A DNA stretch of 64,000 nt. Source: an uncultured Planctomycetota bacterium. GTDB lineage: Bacteria; Planctomycetota; Planctomycetia; Isosphaerales; Isosphaeraceae. The notes beneath the pieces are model-generated. The model saw nothing but the letters and a program-made list of their open reading frames with translations. It ran no database searches and was not told the origin of the DNA. The position numbers and the translations under genes are program-made. Positions 1 to 10,078 of this stretch are shown piece by piece. Each line of letters starts with the position of its first letter. Position 1 is the first letter of the stretch. The DNA lies in the NCBI GenBank assembly GCA_963845755.1, contig CAWJTV010000001.1, positions 64,001-128,000 of the forward strand. The letters run 5' to 3'.

Positions 1-411
1 GAACGACGCGCCTTTCCCGCCATACTGCGGGTCGATGAGCAGCCCCCAGTATCCGACGGAGCCCAGGTCGTTGAGCACCGCCTCGGTCACCTTCCCGTCA
101 GGGCCGAGGAGCGTTCCGGCCTCGCGATGACGGCGTGCGACGTCGAGCGAGTCGCGCATCGTCCGCTCCGCGGCCGGCGATGGTTGGGGCGGCTGGGGCG
201 AGAACAAGTTGACCGGGACCTGGTGTTCCCAGACCGCCTGATGGATCGGGCTGTTGACCGTCTGGTAGCGCGCGGCGAACAGGGCTTCCACCTGATCATC
301 GGCCCGGTCGATCGAGCCGGTCTTCCGCGCCTCCTCCTCGCTCTTCCCGCCCAGCTTCAGTGCGGTCTCGACGAACGTCTGGGCCTCGGGCTCCCGCAGT
401 TGGGTATCCAT
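1..411 (-). CDS. acyl-CoA dehydrogenase family protein (5' part; runs off window)
   Basis: Manual translation from ATG at 411: MDTQLREPEAQTFVETALKLGG...VLNDLGSVGYWGLLIDPQYGGKGASF; the G-Y-W-G-L-x-I-x-x-x-Y-G-G motif is typical of the ACAD N-terminal domain. Confidence 0.8.
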   Translation of the reverse strand, partial: MDTQLREPEAQTFVETALKLGGKSEEEARKTGSIDRADDQVEALFAARYQTVNSPIHQAVWEHQVPVNLFSPQPPQPSPAAERTMRDSLDVARRHREAGTLLGPDGKVTEAVLNDLGSVGYWGLLIDPQYGGKGASF

Positions 412-422
412 GAGCTTCGCTC

Positions 423-501
423 CAGTGTTCGGTGTTCAGTGTTCGGTCAACCGATAGCTTACACGCTGGACACCGAACGAGAACACTGAACACTGAACAC
501 T
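423..501. repeat. inverted heptamer tandem repeat (CAGTGTT / AACACTG) hairpin
   Basis: cagtgttcggtgttcagtgttcggt followed by accgaacgagaacactgaacactgaacact in the intergenic gap. Confidence 0.7.
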
Positions 502-503
502 CT

Positions 504-1813
504 TCAGAACTCCGACTGGGCCAGCAGCCAGTCCTCCAGGATCAGATGGTTCACGAACGGGCGCGGAAGAGCACGGCATTGAGCGGGAGCTTGCGGGCCA
601 GCCAGTGATTTCGGCTGATACTCGGCAGCACCCGCCGCCCCAGCCGATCCAGGTGCCGGCTCTTGAGCTGCTTCATGATCTTGCCGCTGAGCCGCTCGAA
701 GGCCGTGGGGATCAGCTTCGGTTCGGGACCGACGTGAACGATCAGCTCTGCGCCCGCGGCGAGCGTGTTCTCCAGGACATCCCAGAGGCGCTGGGGATGG
801 TCGGTCCATTCGGTCAGGATCTCGCGGCTATTCCACTCGTCATAGTTCGCCCGGCCGGTCGTGCAGGAGACGACCGTCGGCTTCGGCTTCGCGTGGCCGC
901 CATCGGTGTGATACAGCGCCACCGCGGCGCGGTTCGGCACGCTCCGCTCCCAGACCAGCGGGGTATGCAGGGGAGGCCACTTGTTGGACCTGCGCCGCAA
1001 CGTCACGGCCGCGGGGAGATACTGCCGCATTTCCGCTTCGAGCAGGTCCAGCGTGTCTCCTTGACCCAGGAGCAGCACCTGGTAGGGGGACAGATAAGTC
1101 GAGGGGCCGACCAACCCGTGTCCACGGCTGCTGATCGACGAACACAGCCGCTGGACGTGCTCCGCATCCAGGATCCCGCTCGGGCTCGAGAGGATCCCCA
1201 TGGTGGTATCGGCAGTCAGACCGGCGCAGTCATGGGCCAGCGCCAGCGGGATGGGCAGGAGCTGCTCCATCTCGTAGACGCCGCCCATCACCAGCGCCGA
1301 GAGCTCGCCGATGCTGTGGCCGAAGCTCAAACCCGCCTCGTGCACCGGCACGCCGAAGACCTGTTCCAGGATCTGGACCTGGGCTAGCTCCATGGCCACG
1401 ATCGTCGCCGTATCCTCCACGAAGGTCTCCAACGTGGCGGCTTCGTGTGCTTGCACCCGCGCCGCCAGGTCCACCTTCGCCTTCAACACGTCGCCGGCGA
1501 CCACCGACGCCCGATCCAGCATGGTCCGCATGTGCGGCCCATAGACCGGATGCTCCAGAAGCTCCGGCCCTCGGCCCAGATTGCTCGCATCGTAGCCCCG
1601 GAACGCAAAGGCCACCGTCGCGATCTGTTTCTTCAGATCATCGCGCGTCACTTCATGTTGACCAGGAGCTACGCGCAACGCGACAGGATGTACCGTATTC
1701 ACGAGTGGCGGGCGCTCCGGTACGGCGACGGGCGACGTCCGATACGGGGTCAGCCACCCGGTGGTCCAGGTGCGCCATCGGTCGTGTCGAACTCTTAGTT
1801 TGGTTTCTCGCAT
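504..1813 (-). CDS. ACP S-malonyltransferase (FabD)-like acyltransferase; frameshift near 565
   Basis: GHSIGE nucleophile motif and PLHTP His motif; the C-terminus (PFVNHLILEDWLLAQSEF*) is in the adjacent frame ending at 504; start uncertain. Confidence 0.8.
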
Positions 1814-2000
1814 GGCTTTCTCAGCCTTCGCACGCAACGCGGTTGGTGTCGTCGGTGCGTCACACGCCGCGAATCGACTTATGCATACTACGTACCGATC
1901 CACGGTAAGGATCGTGACATGTGACCGAAGCGGGCGATCCGCTTCGGGGTTGATGAGTTGCGGGACTCGAAGGGCGTACCAGAAGCCTCGAACGCGGTGG

Positions 2001-2065
2001 GTAGGGTGCTCTGTGAGCACCGAGGAGCCAGCGCCGCCCGTCCCGGTGCTCACAGAGCACCGTAC
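2001..2065. repeat. REP doublet (REPIN-like), GTAG family
   Basis: GTAGGGTGCTCTGTGAGCACCG (2001-2022) and inverted copy CGGTGCTCACAGAGCACCGTAC (2044-2065); each is an internal palindrome. Confidence 0.75.
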
Positions 2066-2682
2066 CAGGTTCCCAGGTTCGGCTTCGCGTACACCCTCTC
2101 AGCACGACCCGATCGCGACGAAGTGGAGCACCGATCTTCATCGACAGTCCCCCATTCGAGGGATCACCGCAAGAAGTGGGTGACTTGCTGGAATTATAGG
2201 ACACCTGGCAATCAGGGAAAGTGCAAACGATTGTAGGATTCCACGTCGGATCGCGGATCGCGGCCGGGTGAGGGTAAATTCCTGCCCACGGACCGCTTCC
2301 CGGTCCAGCCACGAGCGACCTTGGGCTGTCCCGACGGCCGGTCCCACCGAGACGGTTGACAAAGCGGATGTCTCCGACCTTCAAGGGATTGCGTCGAATC
2401 GTCAGCCAGCGGAACACGGCCCCGCGGCCTGCGGAGCCACCCGCTAAATTCGGCATTCTCGGCGATAACCCGATGATTGCTTCAATGATCAGTGCGAGGG
2501 GCGATTCGGAACGCAATGTGTCGGTTTGGTGAAACATCGATTCCGACCGCTCAGGGGCGGGATCGATTCCATGCGGCAAGGCACAGCCGGCGCGGTGAAA
2601 CGGTGAGGGGTCAGAACGCTCGGATTCCTCCTTCCGTTGTACGCGGCTGGCCGGAAGAGGTCGGCCGACTTAGAATGGTTGC

Positions 2683-4116
2683 TTGGGATTCCCAGCGTTG
2701 GCCCAGCCAAACTTGACCGTTCCGGAGAGGCCGATCCACCAGAGGTGTCTACGGATGTGCAACGAAGCTTGGCAATCCGCGATCGGAAACGGCGTCAATC
2801 GGTTTCAACGACTCCTGGCCATCGTGGTGGTGGGTCTGCCGTCCTTCACCGCGACAGCGGGGGACCAGCCGGCGAGCTCGCGCTCCCAGCCGGTGCTGCA
2901 CCTGGCCAATGGCGAGTCGTCGGCTGGTGAGATCCGGCCTTCGAGCCAGCCGGGAATTCTGAACTGGAAGGCCGCGTCGGCCGACGTGCCGCCCGAAATC
3001 GACTGGAAGAAGGTGAAGTCGATCGATTGGCCGCCGCCGGCCACCCGGCTCGAACCTACCGGCGATTTCTGCTTCGAGCTGACCGCCGGGGACGTGCTGT
3101 TCGGCTCGCTGCGGGCCCTCGACGACCAGAAGGCCGAGCTGGACGTTCCGCGCCTCGGTCGCATCCACGTTCAACGATCCAGCCTCCTTCGCGTCGATCG
3201 ATGGCACGAAGGCGCCGGTGTGATCTACCAGGGTCCGAACGGCCTGGCCGGCTGGCACGAGCCGCCAGGCCAGCAGAACTGGCGCGACGACTCGGGCGGG
3301 CTGATGACAAATCGCGAAGGCGTGTCGATCTGGGGCAACTTCGGACTCCCCGATCGCGCCAGCATCGAGTTCGATATCTCCTGGAAACTCAAGCCGGACT
3401 TTGTCTTCGCCCTGGGCGTGGATGACAAGGCCGATTCGGTCAAGCGGGCCTACCGGTTCGAGATGTGGGGCGGCGACTTTGTCGTCCAGCGCGAGCTCCC
3501 TATTGAGGCGGACCTGGCGGTCGTGCAGGAGGTCGCACCGGGGCCCGGCCGGACCCATCTCCAGGCGTACCTCGACCAGGAAAAGGGGCGGCTGCTGGTC
3601 TTCTCGCTCGCCGGCAGGCAACTGGCCGACCTCAGGGTTGCCGGCGGCCAACCCACCGCGCTGCCGGGGCTGTACCTGGCCAACGCCCGGGGCGACATGC
3701 GCCTGGACCGGCTGCGGATCAGCCGTTGGAACGGCGAGATTCCTCGCGAGGTGCGAGCCGATCAGGCGCGGATCCACCGCGACGACGGCTCGGTCCTCTA
3801 TGGCCAACTGACCGGGCTGAACGCCGCCTCGAAGGAGTTCGTCTTCAAAACCGAGAAGGGCGAGTCGCGAATCCCCGAGAATCAGGTCTCCAGCGTGTTC
3901 CTGCCGGTTACCCCGGATCAGACGCCACGGAAGTTCCGGACCATCTTCCAGGACGGCTCGCGCGTCAGTGGTGAGCTGGTCAAAGTGGAGGACGGCGAGC
4001 TGGTCATGACGGTGCCTGGAATCCAGCAACCGTTGCGTCTCCCATTGACGGGCCTTCAATCCCTGGTCGTCCTCCGCCACGAGAATCCGGGCGCACGAGC
4101 CACCACGGGCCAGTGA
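2683..4116 (+). CDS. secreted hypothetical protein, possibly 3'-truncated
   Basis: 477-aa ORF with protein-like composition, a signal-peptide-like segment (LLAIVVVGLPSFTATA) and repeated L-x-x-G-D/S-x-x-x-G-x-L beta motifs; start uncertain. Confidence 0.7.
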   Translation: MGFPALAQPNLTVPERPIHQRCLRMCNEAWQSAIGNGVNRFQRLLAIVVVGLPSFTATAGDQPASSRSQPVLHLANGESSAGEIRPSSQPGILNWKAASADVPPEIDWKKVKSIDWPPPATRLEPTGDFCFELTAGDVLFGSLRALDDQKAELDVPRLGRIHVQRSSLLRVDRWHEGAGVIYQGPNGLAGWHEPPGQQNWRDDSGGLMTNREGVSIWGNFGLPDRASIEFDISWKLKPDFVFALGVDDKADSVKRAYRFEMWGGDFVVQRELPIEADLAVVQEVAPGPGRTHLQAYLDQEKGRLLVFSLAGRQLADLRVAGGQPTALPGLYLANARGDMRLDRLRISRWNGEIPREVRADQARIHRDDGSVLYGQLTGLNAASKEFVFKTEKGESRIPENQVSSVFLPVTPDQTPRKFRTIFQDGSRVSGELVKVEDGELVMTVPGIQQPLRLPLTGLQSLVVLRHENPGARATTGQ

Positions 4117-4147
4117 TCGGGACTGGTTATTAAAGCCTCCTTGTGGC

Positions 4148-4923
4148 TTAATGATAAATCCGCGCCTTCGGAAGCGCTTTTTGAAGCCGATCGACTCCGG
4201 CATCGGTCACGGGCGTGTTCTGCAAGCCGACGATCTCCAGATGGGTCATTCCTGCCAGGAGCCTCAATCCTTCGTCGGTCACCTTGGTCGTGTTGAGCAG
4301 CAGGAATTCAAGGCTATCGATCGCCTTGAGGTGGACAAGGCCGGCGTCGGTGATCGGATTGTAGTCGAGGAACAACCATTCCAGCCGAGATAGTCCCTTC
4401 AGGTGCACGAGCCCGGCATCGGTGATCTTCGTCCCCACGAGAGACAAGGTCTCCAGGTGCTTCAGGCCCTTCAGATAGGCGAGGCCGGCGTCGCTGACAT
4501 CGGTGTGGTTGAGCGTCACCTTTCGGAGATTGAGGAGGCCCTTCAGATGGGCGAGCCCGATGTCGCCGATGGTTGTCTCATCCAGGTCGAGGTCGTTCAG
4601 GTTTGTGAGTTTCTCCAGATGGACAAGTCCCGCGTCGGTCACCCGGGTCTCGTCGAGGGAGAGAAACTGGAGGTGAGGGAAGACCTCGAGATAGGCCAGA
4701 TCGTCGTCGGTGGCCTGGGTTTCGTCGAGGTCAACGCCGATCACGGGCTTGTCGGCGCGAGCCCGTCCTGGAAGACCTTTCCACCCAGCTTCTCAAGAGC
4801 TGCGATGGCCTTCTCCTTGGCGGCATCGCCGGCCTGACTTCCGGACCCGAGGCTGACCGTCCCGCAGGTCAGCAGCAGTGCGAACGCGAGCACCGTCCAC
4901 GGCCGCGGCCGTCGGAATCGCAT
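4148..4923 (-). CDS. leucine-rich repeat protein with signal peptide; frameshift near 4755
   Basis: 24-aa repeats LxxLxLxxTxITDAGLxHLxxL; the N-terminus (MRFRRPRPWTVLAFALLL...AIAALEKLGGKV) is in the adjacent frame. Confidence 0.85.
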
Positions 4924-5087
4924 CTCGTCCCAGGCCGCAACCCCCGTCGGTCGTCGCATCGTCGGTCCTTTCCCTGAGTTGGTGAGCCGGTTCTGGCCTT
5001 CCATGGTAGCAGGTGTCGCCCGCGAGTCAACGCCGTAGAGGTTGATTGACCCGAGTGGATCGATGAAGATCATGGTGAGGGTTCGAC

Positions 5088-6545
5088 GTGGAAGCAGTTC
5101 CCCTGGCTGGAGGTTTCTTCGTGGCGGCGCACGTGCGGGATGATGTCATCCAGCAGGTTCTCGACGTGCCCGCCGACCGGCTGGCTGCGGTGATCGGTTC
5201 ATGGCACGAACCGGCCCTGCTGGAGAGCGCCACCGGTTTCGGCGAGGCCGGCCGCTGGAGCATCCTGACGGCCATGCCCGGGATCGTCTTCGAGGCGACA
5301 GATCACCGGTGGTGGTTGGGCGATCACGGCACTGCCGAAGCGGGCGAGAACCACGTACTGGCGAAGCTCGGCTGGCTGACCCGCAAACTCGGATTGGCCG
5401 AGCTAGCCGAGGCGCCCGATCCCGATCTGCCGCCGTTTCAGGGTGGTCTCATCGGCTACATCGGCTATGACTTCGCCCCCCAGCTCGAACGCCTCCCGCG
5501 CCGGCTGTCCCGCGATTCGCGGATGCCCGACATCCGGCTGGCGTACTATAGCACCGCGGTGACGATCGACCACCAAACGGGCGTTGTGCAGCTCTGGGCC
5601 TGGATCGTCCCCGGCAGCGATCACCGAGGTGCGGAGCGCCGGTTCTCTTACTGGAAGGACCGGATCCATCGCGAACTCGAATCGCCCCAGCTGGTAGCAA
5701 TCCGCCCTCCGGAATCGGTCCGGCCAATCAGCTCGTTCGACCGCGAGACGTACCTGGCGACCGTCCTCCGGGTGCAAGACTACATCGCGGCCGGGGACAT
5801 CTTCCAGGCGAACCTGTCGCAACGCTTCTCGGCGGTCGGATCGTTCGATCCGTTGGGCCTTTACCTGCAACTGAAGCGCCGTAGCCCCGCTCCATTCGCC
5901 GCGTTCCTGCGCTGGGCGGACCTCGCCATCGTCTCGGCCAGCCCCGAGTGGTTCTATCAAACCCGCGGCGATCTCATCGTGACCCGGCCGATCAAGGGGA
6001 CGAGGCCCCGGGGCAAGACCACTGAAGAAGACGCGCGGCTCGCCGCGGAATTGCTCGCCTCCCCCAAGGACCGCGCCGAGTTGACCATGATCGTGGACCT
6101 CGAACGCAACGATCTGGGCCGCGTCAGCCGATATGGCACGGTCGTCGTGCGCGACGCCCTGAGCATCGAGTCCTTCGCCCAGGTGCACCACCTGGTCGCC
6201 ACGGTGGAAGGCCGGCTCCGGCCAGGCGCCGGACCGGACGACATCATCCGCGCCGTGTTCCCCGGCGGCTCGATCACCGGCGCGCCGAAGATCCGCGCCA
6301 TGCAGATCATCGACGAGCTGGAGCACAACCGGCGCGGCGTGTATACCGGCGCGATCGGCTATCTGAGCCGGGGCGGGTCGAGCGGGTTCAACATCGCGAT
6401 CCGGACCATCCTGGTCGAGGGGGATCGGGCCAGCTATCAGGTCGGCGGCGGCATCGTGGCGGACTCCGACCCCGAGGCCGAATACGAGGAAACGCTCGCC
6501 AAGGGCCGGGGGATGCAACACGTTCTCGAGGGGCAGGAGGACTGA
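5088..6545 (+). CDS. pabB: aminodeoxychorismate synthase component I
   Basis: SPEWF, RPIKGTRPRG, ELTMIVDLERNDLGRV, FPGGSITGAPKIRAM and NIAIRT motifs. Confidence 0.9.
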   Translation: MEAVPLAGGFFVAAHVRDDVIQQVLDVPADRLAAVIGSWHEPALLESATGFGEAGRWSILTAMPGIVFEATDHRWWLGDHGTAEAGENHVLAKLGWLTRKLGLAELAEAPDPDLPPFQGGLIGYIGYDFAPQLERLPRRLSRDSRMPDIRLAYYSTAVTIDHQTGVVQLWAWIVPGSDHRGAERRFSYWKDRIHRELESPQLVAIRPPESVRPISSFDRETYLATVLRVQDYIAAGDIFQANLSQRFSAVGSFDPLGLYLQLKRRSPAPFAAFLRWADLAIVSASPEWFYQTRGDLIVTRPIKGTRPRGKTTEEDARLAAELLASPKDRAELTMIVDLERNDLGRVSRYGTVVVRDALSIESFAQVHHLVATVEGRLRPGAGPDDIIRAVFPGGSITGAPKIRAMQIIDELEHNRRGVYTGAIGYLSRGGSSGFNIAIRTILVEGDRASYQVGGGIVADSDPEAEYEETLAKGRGMQHVLEGQED

Positions 6546-6548
6546 TCG

Positions 6549-7400
6549 ATGATCTGGACCGACGGGAAGCTCATCCCTCCCGAAGAGCTTCGCATCGACA
6601 TCCGGGACGAGACCTTCCAGCATGGCCTGGGACTCTTCGAGACGTTCCGTACGTGGAGGGGCAATCCGACACTGTTCCCACGGCACTTGGAGCGATTGGT
6701 CCGCTCGGCTCGTGAGCTGGAATTGGAGATCCAACCCCACCAGTTGCCGGACCGTCGGGCCGTCCTCGATCTCATCGAGGCGAACCGAACGGCCGGGTCG
6801 GGTCGGATCGAGGATGTCCGGATCCGCATCACCATGACCGGAGGCGCACCTGCGTCCAAGCCATACCGCAGACACTCGACGCTCTGGATGACCGCGGAAG
6901 CGCCAATGTCGATGGCCCCCGAGCAGGTCGCGGTGATCGAGAGGACCATGGAAGTCACGGTCGATGATCCGCTCACCCGCCATAAGACGCTCAACTACTG
7001 GCGCAAGCGGATCGCGCATCGCGAGGCCCTGAGGGAGGGAAGCCAGGAAGTCCTGTGCATCACGCCCGACGGGATGGTCTGCGAAGGGACGCGGACCAAC
7101 ATCTTCCTCGTGCAAGGCGGCGGGCTGATCACTCCGAGCACAGACGGGCCACTCTTGCCCGGCATCCTGCGCCGGGTCGTCCTGGACCATGCACATCGTC
7201 TGGAAGTGCCGGTCGTGGAAAGCCCGGTGCCGCTGGAAATGCTGGAGACGGTCAATGAAGCATTCCTGACCAACTCGGTTCGGGGTATGCTACCGATCTC
7301 CCGGTTCTTCGACCGAGACCTGCCGGCTCCGGGGCCCGTGACGGAACGACTCTGGAGAGAGATCCTGCCCTGGCTCGAATCGGGAGGGACAACGCGATGA
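6549..7400 (+). CDS. pabC: aminotransferase class IV / 4-amino-4-deoxychorismate lyase
   Basis: GLFETFR, HLERL, HKTLNY, EGTRTNIF, LPGILR and EAFLTNS motifs; directly follows pabB. Confidence 0.8.
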   Translation: MIWTDGKLIPPEELRIDIRDETFQHGLGLFETFRTWRGNPTLFPRHLERLVRSARELELEIQPHQLPDRRAVLDLIEANRTAGSGRIEDVRIRITMTGGAPASKPYRRHSTLWMTAEAPMSMAPEQVAVIERTMEVTVDDPLTRHKTLNYWRKRIAHREALREGSQEVLCITPDGMVCEGTRTNIFLVQGGGLITPSTDGPLLPGILRRVVLDHAHRLEVPVVESPVPLEMLETVNEAFLTNSVRGMLPISRFFDRDLPAPGPVTERLWREILPWLESGGTTR

Positions 7401-8597
7401 CCACCGTTTCGGATCTGGCTGGCTGGTTGGAACAATTCGCCCCCGCACACCTGGCCGAGCCATGGGACAACGTGGGCTTGCTGTGGGGCGACCCGGCTGC
7501 ACCAGTTCAGCGGTTGATGACCTGCCTGACCGTCACTCCGGGGACCGCCGCCGAAGCGATCCAGGAGCAGGCGTCGCTGATCGTCAGCCACCACCCCGTG
7601 CTATTCCGCGAAGTGAAGCGGGTCCGCGCCGACCTCGCGGACACCAGTCACCTCTGGAAGCTGGCCCGCGCCGGGATCGCGATCGCCAGCCCGCACACGG
7701 CGTTCGACAACACCCCGAATGGGATCAACGACCTCCTCTGCCGTCGGCTCGGTCTGATGGACATCTCGCCGTTGCGGCCGATCGCCTCGGGCCGCCATCC
7801 GGCGGCCGGATCGGCGGGACCGCGATCGTTCAAGGTGGTCGTCTTCACGCCGGAATCCGATCGCGAGGCGGTGATGTCCGGCGCAGTTCGAGGCCGGTGC
7901 GGGCCAGATCGGCGCCTATCGGGAATGCTCGTTCGCGATCCCCGGCCAGGGGACCTTCTTCGGGACCGAAACGACCGACCCAGCCATTGGCCAGCGGGGT
8001 CGCCGCGAGACGGTCGCCGAGCTGCGGCTGGAGGTTGTGTGCCCCGCGGAGAACCTATCCGCCGTGTTATCGTCGATCCGCGCGGGTCATTCCTATGAAG
8101 AGCCCGCGATCGACGTCTATCCGCTCCACGAAACCGAGGCGGCACGGGGCGAACCGGTGGCACCCGGCTCCGGCCGCATCGGCCGGTTTGTCGAGCCGCG
8201 CACCCTGGGCGAATTCGCCGCATTCGCCGGCCGCGTCCTGGGGCGGGTCTCCGTCCAGATGGTGGGCGATCCGCAACGCCCCGTGTTGCGGGTGGCCGTC
8301 GCCTGCGGCGCCGGCGACGATTTCCTCACCGATGCCGCGCATGCCGGGGCCGACGTCCTACTCACCGGCGAGGCGCGATTCCACCGCGGGGTCGAGGCCG
8401 AGGCGCTCGACATCGGCCTGGTCACCGCCGGCCACTATGCCACCGAGCGACTCGGTGTCGAGGACCTGGCCCAGCGCCTGGCCATCGCCTTCCCCGCGCT
8501 GACCGTCTGGCCCAGCCGATCCGAGCGCGATCCCTTCCGGATCATCGCGGCCGGACCCCCCGAACGTCCCGCCGCCGGGGCAAAGTTCCCGGTCTAG
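7397..8597 (+). CDS. Nif3/YbgI (DUF34) dinuclear metal protein with PII-like insert; frameshift near 7886
   Basis: WDNVGLL, SHHPVLF, HTAFD, HSYEEPAIDVYP and GHYATE motifs spread over two frames. Confidence 0.9.
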
Positions 8598-9017
8598 AGC
8601 TCGCCATTCCGACTCGTAGAATAAGTCCTCGATCTCCGGAGTGATACACACCACTCGCTTCGCGGCCACGCGCTGGATCGCCTCCGCGGCTCCGATGTGC
8701 AGGGACCAGGCGAGGAGACCGGCAACCACGACGACGGAGCGGCTCCGGCCGGCGTGGCAGTGGACCAGCACTGGCGAGTGCGATCGCAGGAGGTCTTCCA
8801 ACGCTTCCACGGCCCGCCGTAACATCGCCGAGTCGTTGCCGGGCCCATCGATGACGTCGAACCCCGCGATGGCACCGACGCCCAAGTTGTCGGCGTCTTC
8901 CGCGGTGAGGGTGCCATCGAGGCTCAGCACAGACTGGAAGCCATGTTGATGCAGCAACTCCGCATCATGTGCCTCCGAACAGTTGCCGATCGCAATGTGA
9001 TCGGTGATCCAGTCCAC
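8358..9017 (-). CDS. dual-specificity protein phosphatase family protein (cassette gene)
   Basis: VLVHCHAGRSRS CX5R motif; GTG start at 9017 with GGAGG RBS; the folded domain ends near 8600 and the ORF then reads antisense into Nif3 until 8358 (an out-of-frame TAG lies at 8594). Confidence 0.85.
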   Translation of the reverse strand: MDWITDHIAIGNCSEAHDAELLHQHGFQSVLSLDGTLTAEDADNLGVGAIAGFDVIDGPGNDSAMLRRAVEALEDLLRSHSPVLVHCHAGRSRSVVVVAGLLAWSLHIGAAEAIQRVAAKRVVCITPEIEDLFYESEWRALDRELCPGGGTFGGSGRDDPEGIALGSAGPDGQRGEGDGQALGQVLDTESLGGIVAGGDQADVERLGLDPAVESRLAGE

Positions 9018-9030
9018 GACTCGTCCTCCC

Positions 9031-9130
9031 GCCTCACACAAGACTCAGCGACCTGCCCCGTCGAGAGTTGCCTTCGATTCGACCACGAAGCGCCCCTGCA
9101 GGCTGGGTCCGCTGCAATCGCGGGTGAGGC
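9031..9130 (-). other. attC-like integron cassette recombination site (100 bp)
   Basis: Minus strand GCCTCAC-ccgcga-TTGCAGCGGACC...GGTCGCTGAG-tcttgt-GTGAGGC: R''/L''/L'/R' layout with extrahelical bases, between a stop codon and the next RBS and start. Confidence 0.8.
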
Positions 9131-9150
9131 TCGGTCGATGGGACAAGACC

Positions 9151-9642
9151 TTACGCGCCCGCGGTGGATATCATCTCCAACCAGAGAGCCGGACGCCAGG
9201 CATTTGAGGCGCGAACTTGTCGGAAGTGGAGCATCATCCCGATAAAGCCGAGGGCCAAGACGATGAGGGCCTCGGCGAGGAGATTCCCTCTCACGAAGGC
9301 TCGGATCGGCGGGACGATCGATCCGATCGCATCGAGGGTGACGAAGAGGAAGAGGAACCAGAACGCATGGACGTGCCAGGGGTGCATTGGCGGCTGATTC
9401 GACCCGCAGACCAGATCCACACGAGCACCCGGTTCGAGGCAGACCAGAAACGGCCCCGCAGGGTAACTCGCGAGAGCCACGGCGACAACATGCTCGCCCG
9501 CGGGGACCAGGAACTCGCCCCTCCGATTTCGGCGCAGCTTCCCGGCGAGTCGGCCGTCGATGAACACCCGCAGGGGCAACAGGGCGCACAGATGCCCTGT
9601 GGCTCGCTCGATCGTGATCGTGGCCGCTCGATCCTCCGGCAT
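9151..9642 (-). CDS. hypothetical membrane protein (cassette gene)
   Basis: 163 aa; N-terminal beta domain (LRVFIDGRLAGKL...VPAGEHVV) and two C-terminal hydrophobic helices; bounded by attC-like sites. Confidence 0.75.
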   Translation of the reverse strand: MPEDRAATITIERATGHLCALLPLRVFIDGRLAGKLRRNRRGEFLVPAGEHVVAVALASYPAGPFLVCLEPGARVDLVCGSNQPPMHPWHVHAFWFLFLFVTLDAIGSIVPPIRAFVRGNLLAEALIVLALGFIGMMLHFRQVRASNAWRPALWLEMISTAGA

Positions 9643-9664
9643 GCTGCCTCGCCCGCCAGGTTAG

Positions 9665-9925
9665 CCCAACTTCCGCACCCTACCTCGTAGAACCCCTCGT
9701 TTTCTAGGGTCTGCGATGTTTTTCAGTCACTATGTCCGGGCTGGGTTGGTCGTAGGTCCATCCTCACCATGCTACCGCAAGATCCTGGCCAATCCAGATG
9801 GATACGCTGGGATTTCGTCACTACAATGACCAAAAACAGGGGACACAACGCAGAAAACAAGGTCTTTTCGAGCGCGAACGCCCCCGAAATTGGCTATCTC
9901 TTAATTCCTTCCTGCGGAAGTCGGG
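9665..9925. mobile_element. 261-bp MITE / non-autonomous IS remnant
   Basis: Terminal inverted repeats CCCAACTTCCGCA / TGCGGAAGTCGGG (12/13 match) flanked by a direct TTAG duplication (9661-9664 and 9926-9929); no transposase ORF. Confidence 0.7.
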
Positions 9926-9950
9926 TTAGCTCGCAGTGGATGGGGAGTGG

Positions 9951-10009
9951 GCCTTACGCCACGGTTCAGCGGCCCGCGCAGCGAGGTCCGCTGCAACCGC
10001 TGGATAGGA
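9951..10009 (-). other. attC-like site (59 bp)
   Basis: Minus strand TCCTATC-cagcgg-TTGCAGCGGACC-tcgctgcgc-GGGCCGCTGAA-ccgtggc-GTAAGGC; L boxes nearly identical to the 9031-9130 site. Confidence 0.8.
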
Positions 10010-10078
10010 CAAGAAATATAAAAAATCTCGATTCAATGGGCTGAGATTGCGACTTGCCACCTCGAATGGAGAAGCAGT

